Shown: in pieces, positions 8,530 to 16,800 of the stretch
How positions within the stretch are numbered: position 1 is the first letter of the stretch
How the letters are laid out: every line of letters starts with the position of its first letter
Assembly (NCBI GenBank): GCA_043747615.1
Contig: JAYTOU010000049.1
Span: 8,418-72,417, forward strand
Length of the DNA stretch: 64,000 nucleotides
DNA from: Myxococcales bacterium
GTDB taxonomy: Bacteria > Myxococcota_A > Polyangia > Polyangiales > Polyangiaceae
Direction: 5' to 3'
Position numbers and translations under genes: made by a program
Notes under the pieces: generated by a model
Told to the model about the DNA's origin: nothing
The model's database searches: none
What the model saw: the letters and a program-made list of their open reading frames with translations, nothing else

Positions 8530-10449
8530 TTGCAACTCGTGGCCACGGCCATCGGTGTGGGCGCCCTCGCCGCAAGCGGCTTCGCGCTCGCGGAGGAAGA
8601 TCCGCGCCGCCGGATGTGGCTGCGGATCACCGGTGGATGCCTGTTCGCTGGCCTATTCGTCGTCGATCCGGCGAGCTGGTTCGTAGGCGGCGTCGCTGTC
8701 GTGGCGGCTCTCGTCGTGATCAACTTCGTTCCAGGGTGGCGAGGCCTTCCCGCCTCGAAGCGACGCGCAGCCATGGATGCCGCGGTGTTGCTCGGCCTGG
8801 CGCTGTTTCTCCCCACGCTCATCGTGATCGCCGCGCTCGTCACGGGATCAGCGGATGCGGCCGCGACCGGCATGCTCCTCGCGGTCCCAGCGCTCCCCGA
8901 ACGAGTCCTCCCCGCGATCGTGCTGTGGGTGGTCCTTCTCCTGCTCCTCGCAGACGGCGCGCGCCCCTCGCGCTCACCGGCGCTCGCCGTGAAGTGGGCG
9001 CTCTGCGCGACCATCGTTTGCCTCGGCATTCTTCGGGCAGCGCGCGTCGCCTCGCTCGCCTCGCTCCCCATCGAGACGGGCTGGTCGGAGAATCCTTTCC
9101 TGACCAACGCGCTCAAGCTCGAGGCGCACGTCCCGCTCTATGGTGACCCGGAGCTCCTCAATTCGTACACCTATTCACCGTTGATCGATCTCCTTCACCG
9201 AGCGCTCCTTTTGCCCTTCGGTCTGCAGCTCTCGCTCCTCGCCAATCGCGGCTTGGTTCTGACCGAGCAACTCATCGCCATCGCGATCATGGTCTGGAGC
9301 CTCGCCCCGCACGTCGTGAAGTGGTCCGACGTCGGCGCACGGATAGGGCTTACGATCGGCCTTGGAACACTCGTCCTGTCAAGCGTCGTAGCGGCGGCGG
9401 TTCACCCCGATCACCCGTCGCTCGTGTGCATGGCGGTGGCGTGGGCTCTTCTCTTGCGCGAAGAGGTTTGGCCGCGCTGGGCGTGGTGGACGGCGCTGAT
9501 GATGGTCACCCCGCTCGCAGTGTCCTTCAAGCTTTCGGGGGCTGGCATTGGCGTTGGGCTCGCCGCGGCGTTCGCGCTCGAGCGACGGTGGTCCGTGGTC
9601 CGGGTGCTCGCCGTCTCGGGGGCTTTGTCGGCTGCGACCCTTCCCCTCTTTAACGCGACGCTCGGCCGGTATTCGTTTTACGCGCTCACCCTCCAGAGCT
9701 CGCACCCCATCGAGTGGCATCGCATCACGGATTTGGTGACCGGTCCCTTCGGTCACGCCGCAGCGCCACTTGTTCTTGTGCTGGTGGCGGTGGGTGTGAC
9801 GAGCGCCGAGTCAGTCGCGACGACAGCCGCGAAGCGCTTGGGTGCGCTCACGTTGGGTAGTTTCCTGTTCGCTCTCCCCGCCTATCTGAAATACGCCGGA
9901 CGCGACAACAACCTCATCGCTCCCTTCGCTTGCTTCGTGGCGACGGTCCTCGTCATCGCCGCCAAACCGCGGGCCCGCGTCCTACATCCGCTCATCGTTC
10001 CGGCGTCGCTCCTGGTTTCTCTCGCCGCAATCTGCCCGCCACTTCTTCCGGTGAGAGGTGCAGCGCGCGCGCAGATCGTTCGCGAGGCCGGGGAGCTCGC
10101 GAACATCGTGAAAGGCAAAGGCACTTCGCTCCTGCTCGAGCAGACGAGCGCGCTCATCGCCGGGGATCACCGAGAAGTTCCCGTCGACCGTGGAAACTCC
10201 GCGATCGAGCTATTTTACGGGCGAAACGTGGCCGCATGCCGCCTCTTCGAGCACATCGAATCGGGCTACTACGACCGAATCGTGGTGGCGCACGATCTCC
10301 TCGCCCGGCGCGGCGATCTTCTCGGCAAGTTCAATGCGGAGCTCGCGCGGAGCCTGGCCGTCTACGAAGTGCGGACAGCGAGCGCGAGCTACGTCGTCTT
10401 CGAGAGCCCGAGCAAACAGCCAGCGACGTTCCGCGACTGTCGACCCTAG
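8530..10449 (+). CDS. Polytopic membrane protein, possible GT-C (ArnT/PMT-like) glycosyltransferase
   Basis: More than 12 hydrophobic segments; loop WSENPF...PLYG.P....YTYSPL, HPD and FK motifs resemble GT-C enzymes. Confidence 0.55.
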   Translation: MQLVATAIGVGALAASGFALAEEDPRRRMWLRITGGCLFAGLFVVDPASWFVGGVAVVAALVVINFVPGWRGLPASKRRAAMDAAVLLGLALFLPTLIVIAALVTGSADAAATGMLLAVPALPERVLPAIVLWVVLLLLLADGARPSRSPALAVKWALCATIVCLGILRAARVASLASLPIETGWSENPFLTNALKLEAHVPLYGDPELLNSYTYSPLIDLLHRALLLPFGLQLSLLANRGLVLTEQLIAIAIMVWSLAPHVVKWSDVGARIGLTIGLGTLVLSSVVAAAVHPDHPSLVCMAVAWALLLREEVWPRWAWWTALMMVTPLAVSFKLSGAGIGVGLAAAFALERRWSVVRVLAVSGALSAATLPLFNATLGRYSFYALTLQSSHPIEWHRITDLVTGPFGHAAAPLVLVLVAVGVTSAESVATTAAKRLGALTLGSFLFALPAYLKYAGRDNNLIAPFACFVATVLVIAAKPRARVLHPLIVPASLLVSLAAICPPLLPVRGAARAQIVREAGELANIVKGKGTSLLLEQTSALIAGDHREVPVDRGNSAIELFYGRNVAACRLFEHIESGYYDRIVVAHDLLARRGDLLGKFNAELARSLAVYEVRTASASYVVFESPSKQPATFRDCRP

Positions 10450-11081
10450 ATCTTGCCGGGCTCAGCGTCCTTGGCGACGCTCGGCGACGATCCGACGTCG
10501 GCCGATTTCGCGGGGGCGATGGACGCCGGTGCGCTCTCGACGCGCTTGAACGGACGCGAAGGCTCGACCGCGACGGCGACGACCGACGGTGAAGCCGCCG
10601 ACGGCCGGACGCTCGCGGTTGGTTCGACCGCGGGGACACTAGTGGCAGCGGGCGCGGCGGGACGCGCCGGGTCGCCTGCGCTTACCGTGGAAACGGTGGC
10701 GCCACGAACGACGGATTCCTTGGTCGGAGGGTCTCCGATGTCGAGGCTGCAATCGCCGAAGGTCACCTGCATGCCTGCGCTCTGGGTGAGGCGCACTTCG
10801 AGAGACTTGGCGCGGATGATTGTCTTGTCTTTCACCGTGCCCGAGAGCTGAACGAGGTCGGCGTCGAATTCTCCCGACAGCTCGCCGGAGGAGCGGAGCT
10901 CGGCGACTTTCACCCGGCCGTGCACTGCGCCAGAGGAGCTCACGGTGAGTGAAGGCGCGGCGACGTCACCTTCGATTTTTCCCCTAACGACCACAGCGCA
11001 GTTCGACGAGAGCGAGCCCTTGAACTGCGTCCCCTCTTCGACCAGCGTCTGCTTCGCGGGGCTGACGTTCTTTTCGCTCAT
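10446..11081 (-). CDS. Bactofilin with disordered Ala/Pro/Ser-rich C-terminal tail
   Basis: TLVEEGTQFKGSL...VVVRGKIEGDV.A..LTV...G.VHG.V beta-helix pattern. Confidence 0.88.
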   Translation of the reverse strand: MSEKNVSPAKQTLVEEGTQFKGSLSSNCAVVVRGKIEGDVAAPSLTVSSSGAVHGRVKVAELRSSGELSGEFDADLVQLSGTVKDKTIIRAKSLEVRLTQSAGMQVTFGDCSLDIGDPPTKESVVRGATVSTVSAGDPARPAAPAATSVPAVEPTASVRPSAASPSVVAVAVEPSRPFKRVESAPASIAPAKSADVGSSPSVAKDAEPGKI

Positions 11082-12373
11082 GCTTTTCCACCTTTCGCAG
11101 CCTGAGGTCCACGCTTGCTGATCTTTATCCGAAGCTTGCAACCTGGCTCGAATCCGAATCGCGTTCCGTCGTCTGGAGCCTGCTCGACGGCGCCAACCAG
11201 GCATCCGCCCGAGGTCACCACGAGCTCCCGCGGGCCAACAATGCCGGGGGCCTCGCGCTCGAAGAAATGACCGTTGATCGTGATCTTTCCGAAGCCCGTG
11301 ATCTTGCAGCCGGCGAGGACTCCCGCCTTGCCGATGACGAGCTCGGTGCCTTTTCCTAAAGTGATCGAGCACTGCTCGAAGAGACTTTCGATCTCCACCG
11401 ACGCTCCCTCCTCGAATTCCAAGCTGGCGTTGCGCAGGGTGTCACCATGCCCAAAAAATCTCTTCCCAACTCCTGCGCGCGGCGCTGCTGCGCTCAGCGC
11501 AACCGGCGGAGGCGCGGCCGTCGTCTTCGGTCCCTCGCTGAGATATTCGAGGATCTGCGAGGCGGGAATTTTTGCCGAACCGTCGCCGGCGAGGCTGGTG
11601 TCGATCGAATCCCCTTTGACGGCGCGCACCGGTTTGCCGGTCCCCGTGATCCCTCCGAGCTTCGCGCCGGCGACGTTCGCTCCTTCGAGACTGGCAGCGG
11701 TCAGGTTTGCGTGCCGCGCATCTGCCTGCGAGAGATCGGCGTCGTTGAGCGCGGTGTGGGAAAGGTTCGCCTTGAGGAGAGAGACGCCGGAGAGCTTCGC
11801 CCGTCGCATGTTGGCGTGGGAGAGATCCGTCGAGTTGAGACGGGCGTCCGTGAAGTCTGCATCTTCGCAGTTCGCCGAGTGAAGGTTCGCGTTCGACAGA
11901 TCGGCCAAGAGGAGCTTTGCTTGGCCGAGGTAGCACTCCACGAGATCGGCGTTGGCGAGCACCGCGCCGCTCAAATCCGCACCGCTCAAGTTCGCCGAAT
12001 GAAGCTGAGCGTAGCTGAACTTCGCGCCGGTGAGGTCCGCGCCGACCAGGTTCGCCCCTTCGAGATTCGCGCGACTGAAATTCGCGCCGGCCAAGATGGC
12101 TCCTTCGAGGTTTGCGCCTTCGAGGTCTGCGTTGTCGAGGTTCGCCTCTCGGAGATCCGCGGTCACCAGGTAAGCTTCGCGGAGGCTGGCGTTCTTGAGG
12201 TTTGCGCGACTTAGCCGGGCGCCTTCGAGATTGGCGCCTTCGAGATCGCATCTTCGGAGGTTGCCCCCTTCGAGCGTAGCCCCGGCCAGATTCACGCCGC
12301 GCAAATCAGCGCGTTCGATTCTCTCGCCGCGCTTAATTTTGCTGAGGATTACGTCAGGTGTGAAGTCGGGCAT
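11078..12373 (-). CDS. Pentapeptide-repeat protein fused to a C-terminal bactofilin-like domain
   Basis: About 45 A(D/N)LxxA repeats (aa 20-245); C-terminal FFGHGDTL...LVIGKAGVL.G.....ITINGHF...FEPGCKL. Confidence 0.85.
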   Translation of the reverse strand: MPDFTPDVILSKIKRGERIERADLRGVNLAGATLEGGNLRRCDLEGANLEGARLSRANLKNASLREAYLVTADLREANLDNADLEGANLEGAILAGANFSRANLEGANLVGADLTGAKFSYAQLHSANLSGADLSGAVLANADLVECYLGQAKLLLADLSNANLHSANCEDADFTDARLNSTDLSHANMRRAKLSGVSLLKANLSHTALNDADLSQADARHANLTAASLEGANVAGAKLGGITGTGKPVRAVKGDSIDTSLAGDGSAKIPASQILEYLSEGPKTTAAPPPVALSAAAPRAGVGKRFFGHGDTLRNASLEFEEGASVEIESLFEQCSITLGKGTELVIGKAGVLAGCKITGFGKITINGHFFEREAPGIVGPRELVVTSGGCLVGAVEQAPDDGTRFGFEPGCKLRIKISKRGPQAAKGGKA

Positions 12374-12402
12374 CGTTGAAGGCTTCCTCTCCCCTTACTC
12401 GG

Positions 12403-13683
12403 TCAACGCTTGGTCGGGTCGGGCGGCGTGCCCGTCTCGCCTTTGAGGTATCGCTCGATTCTGTCGAGTCTCCGCTCGAAAGAAACTTTCTCCATGGCCT
12501 GCACGCGCTCGACTTCGCCGAGGCGAGCCATCAGCACCTGGACGCGCACGAAAATTTCGTTGCGTGACTGACGGAGGTGCCGCTTTCGCGCGAGCGCGTC
12601 GTCCGACCAACCCTCCGACGCTTTCTCGTACTCGTTGTGAATTTTTCGGAGCTGCGGAGCGAGCGTTTCCAGGAGCTGACGCTCTGAAAAGCCTGGCATG
12701 TTTGCCGATTGATGTAGATCACGCCGGTAGCCTTCGACCTTCTTCACGATGCGGAGCGCGAGCTCGCGCGAGATGCCCGACGTCGCTGCGATTGACGAGG
12801 CATCGGATCCAAAGAGCGCTGCGAGGGTCGTCAGCCCGGCTGCTGCGAGCTTGCCCAGTACCGTGCGATTCACCCCCGCGACCTGGAGGAGCAGAAGGTT
12901 GACCACCGCGTCTTCCGGACTCCGCCCGCCTTCGAGCGAGAACGCGTCGGGCATCACTTCGCTGAGGCCGTTGTAAGCGGTCAGCAAGCGAAGCCGGGTT
13001 TCGCCTCGAAGGATGCGGTCCTCTCCGCGCGACGCGTCATCGAGGACGCCGCCAAACGCGTCGAGAGCAACGCAGAGCTCGGTGAGTTCCATGCTCTGCG
13101 CCGAACGCCGAAGAGACTTTACTGCCGGCGCGCACACTTGAATGGCATTTTGCTGCGCCTCGCCCGCCTTCAAATCGAGCATGAATTCCCGAACGGGGCT
13201 CATGTATTTGCTGACCAGCTCGGCGAAGAGCGCACGAACGTCCGCGTACTCGAGGCCCATCATCGCGCTGGAACCTCCGGAAAATTTCGGCGGCGGCGGC
13301 GACGATTCTTCGATCAAAATGTCCAGCGGCTTCGAGTCGGGTGCGGGCACATGGTGCTCTCTCGTTGCCTGGGGAACGGAGCTCGGGGGCGCGTCGTCGT
13401 CGGCGTCTAACTCCTGGGTCACCGAGAAAACGACGTCGATGTCGCTCTCGACTTCGTCCTCGCTCGGAATGGTCAGACTGCGTTGACGGTGCGGCGGGAT
13501 CGACTTGCGGCGAGGGCCAGACGCCTCCGCTGGCAACGCAGGAGGGTGTGCCGCTGATTCATCGCCGACGGGCTTCGTTTCTGGGCGGGCGGCGGGTGAC
13601 TCCTCGGGCGTGACTCCATCCTCGGCCGGCTTCTCGCCTTCACCGCCCTGACCTTTATCGAACCGCCGTGTAAAAGTGCTCAT
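12403..13683 (-). CDS. Protein with disordered N-terminus, HPt-like bundle lacking His, tandem helix-hairpin-helix and coiled coil
   Basis: AVKSLRRSAQSMELTEL (HPt-like); LLQVAGVNRTVLGKLAAAGLTTL...IAATSGISRELALRI (HhH). Confidence 0.7.
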   Translation of the reverse strand: MSTFTRRFDKGQGGEGEKPAEDGVTPEESPAARPETKPVGDESAAHPPALPAEASGPRRKSIPPHRQRSLTIPSEDEVESDIDVVFSVTQELDADDDAPPSSVPQATREHHVPAPDSKPLDILIEESSPPPPKFSGGSSAMMGLEYADVRALFAELVSKYMSPVREFMLDLKAGEAQQNAIQVCAPAVKSLRRSAQSMELTELCVALDAFGGVLDDASRGEDRILRGETRLRLLTAYNGLSEVMPDAFSLEGGRSPEDAVVNLLLLQVAGVNRTVLGKLAAAGLTTLAALFGSDASSIAATSGISRELALRIVKKVEGYRRDLHQSANMPGFSERQLLETLAPQLRKIHNEYEKASEGWSDDALARKRHLRQSRNEIFVRVQVLMARLGEVERVQAMEKVSFERRLDRIERYLKGETGTPPDPTKR

Positions 13684-13849
13684 TCAGCAGGGCCTCGAAA
13701 GAGCGAGCCGCGCGACGCCACGGCTCCGTCGCGCAACGGGAAGCCTCGAGCATACCGAGGCCGCGCGGCCCTTGCTTCAAATACGGCGCAGTCGGCACTC
13801 GAGCGCGAAACAGGCGAGCCGCTCTCAGGTTTCGGCACCCGCGCGCACG

Positions 13850-16800
13850 CTACGATTTCGCCGCGCCCCACACCGTGCCGATTCGCCAGCGGAGCGCCGT
13901 CGCCTCCGGGCTCATCGCGAACCGCGCAACATCGCCGGCCAGTGGGTGCGTGAGGACGGCCGCGAGAGCGCGCGTATCGCGGGTGCTCGACGTTCGTGCG
14001 AAGACCGCATCGAGAGCGCGGAGCTCGTCGAACGTGGAGAGCAGCTCCCCGGAAGCGAGGAACGCAACGCGAGACTCGGCGCGAGCCACGGCGTGCACGA
14101 GCTCCTCAATTTCCTGCGCAGTGATTCGCGCGCTTTCGAGCTGTGGAGACAGGTCGGCGAGGAGCTTCCTCTGCTTACGCCCGATGGCGTGCGCTACACG
14201 TGGCTGGTAGCTGGCCACGAGCTCCGCGACGTAGCGGTCCTCTGCCTCGCTCGCGAAATCGGGAACGACTTGCCGGCCCACGGCAACGAGGTAGGCGTGC
14301 ACGTGCGGGGGGGGCAAATCCTCGATCCACGGGACACGCAGCGCCACCCGGGTGAGGGCGCGTGCGATCGCAGCAAGCTGCAGCGGCTCGGGCTGGCCCG
14401 TGAGCGCGGGGGGCACGACCAACCACGGCACGTCCTGGATGAAGACGCGCGCGAACGAGACTGTATCGCTGATCGCGAGCTCCACTTCCTCGAGCGCGAG
14501 GATCCGCATGACGCGATCGAGCTGCGCCCGGAACGGATGTCCACTCCGTGCACCGATCCGTTCGCGAGCCGAAATCCCTAGCTCGCTTAGGTTTGCGCGG
14601 AAAATTTTTCCTTCCATCCCAGACGCCGCCGCCGCCACCTCGAGCAGGACGTGGCGCCCCTCGGGAGGGAGGGCGCGCTTCACGAGGGTGGCACGATCGA
14701 GGCCCTCGACCGAGGACGGATCGTAAGGAAGTCGCCGCGAGCGGAGCCACACGTGGGCGCCGTCGTCGAGGCCGCCTGCGAGGTCCCGGAGCTCTCGCAC
14801 CGCGATCGCCTCCTCACCGCGTCGACTGCTGGAGAGCACGCGCTCCAGCAGTTCCAGGCCGGCACCTTGGTCCTTCAGCGCGAGGAACGGGTGGGGATCC
14901 GGCGTGATCATCGGCAAGAGCGTGCCCGCTGCCTCCTCGTTGCCACCGATGCGCGCGAGCGCGCGTGACAGGTGAAAACGGCTTTCGAAGAGGGTCGGAT
15001 CGAGCTGCACGGCCTGACGCAGATGGCTAATACCTTCCTGCGACCGACCCATCGACTCGACCTCGAGCTCGCCGAGCGCGGCGAGCCACCCGGCGTCCAC
15101 ACGACCAAGCTTTTGTCCGCGCGAAACGACCGCAGCAAGCGCGCGCGCCTGCGACGTCTGGTCTCCTTCATGGAACGCGGTGAGACGCGCGAGCACGTTG
15201 GCATTCGGAGCTTGCGCCGCAGCTTCGATGAGAGCGCGCTCCGCCCCCGCGCGATCCTCCATGCTGGTGCGCAGATCGAAGACCTCCATCAAGATCGCCT
15301 GCTTCGCTTCGGCTGTCGGCTCGGCGTCGACCAACCGCTCGAGAAGCCCGGCGAGCTGCTCACGCACGGCTCCCGGTGCCGAGGCCTCCGTCGTGCGCAG
15401 ATGGCGAATGAGTGCTCGCAGCGCCCGAGGACCGGTGGGCTCGAGATCGAGCGCCGCCCGAAGCACACGCTCGACGTCCGCCGGCTGAGCCACCACGCGC
15501 TCGTACAAGCTCGCCAAGCCGAAGAGCGCCGTCAGCTTTTGCGGGGTCTCGCGCGAGGTGCTTACCACCGTCTCGAGAACTTCGATCGCTTCACGCCAGC
15601 CCCGATGCGCGATGTAGAGCTCGGCTAGCGTGAGGAGCGAAGGTATGTGCCGAGGAGCGACTTCCCGTACCCGCCGCATCGCGTCGATGGCGATGGTCAG
15701 ATCGTGGAGCTCGTCCCGCGCGATGCGCGCAATCTCTCCGCCGAGCATCACGATGGCGTCGGGGGCCTGCGCGCGGCGAATTGCGGAGCGGAAAGCCGCG
15801 ACCAGGCGATCGTTCTGGTGCTCTTCGGCGCGCAGAGTGCCCAGTCTGCCCGCCGCCGGGATCGATTCCGGATCGGCCTCGAGCGCTTGCTCGAGCATTT
15901 CTGCAGCGCGCAGACGTCGCCCTTTCGGCTCGCCCAAACGCGGTTCCTGGGCGGTAAGAAGAAGGTCAGCAGCCTCGAGGAGATGACGCGCACGCACCTT
16001 CGGATCCGTTGCCAGATCGGCGAGAGCGACCGCCGCTACGAGCCCCGCCTCGGCGTCGCGCAGCTGCGTGGCGAGGCGCGCTGCCCCCGACGCCGCAGTG
16101 ACCGAGAGAGGATCGATCCGTAGCGCCGCGCGGTAATGCTCGATCGCATCCGCCGCGCCCGGGTCGGTAGGATCGCCTTCGCGCTCGAGAAGCGTTCCAA
16201 GCTGAAGATGAATCGCCAGGATTCCGGTGTCGTCCGAAGCATGCCGGAGGAGACCTCGAAGCGCGCTCACTGCCAGGGCGCGTCCTGAAGAATCTGCCAT
16301 CCGCGTGTGCACGAGCGCGCGACGAAGCGAGGCGTCGAGCGCGGCTCGATCGCCCGGCGCGAGCTCCAGGATACGCTGGTAAACGGCTGCGTCCGTGCTC
16401 TCCGGGAGCTGCCACTCGACGAGCGCGGCCACCCCCCAGAGCGCGCCGAGCTTCGCGATGGGCGAGCTGAAGGCCGCCGCTTCTTGACAGAGCGTGTTGG
16501 CGAGAAGCGGCAGGGAGCAGGTCGCGCGAGCGATCCCTTCGAGCGTGCGCAACGCAGGGACGTGGTTCGGATCTTGAGCGAGCACCGATTCGACGAGCGC
16601 CGTTGCCTGTGCGACGTCGGTACCCGCGCCGAGAAGGAGCATCGCCCGCTCGAAGGCTCCTGCGCGCCCAAGCGTGGTGGAAGGCGCGTCGACCCCCGCA
16701 GGGAGCAGCGTCGCAAGAGCCATCGCGGGCGCGATTCGCGCGAGCACCCGTACCAAGCGCTCGACGATGAGCTCGTCGTCCGGGGTCTCTGCGAGCGCGC

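Noticed and set aside
11640..12320. 15-bp periodic DNA repeats as CRISPR or VNTR
   Set aside because: Explained by pentapeptide codons; no identical repeats with unique spacers
11078..12373. Qnr-type quinolone resistance gene
   Set aside because: Much longer, fused to another domain and not in a mobile context
13710..13734. GCGCGACG-N9-CGTCGCGC hairpin as a terminator
   Set aside because: No U-tract, lies in a leader region, and GC-rich palindromes arise by chance
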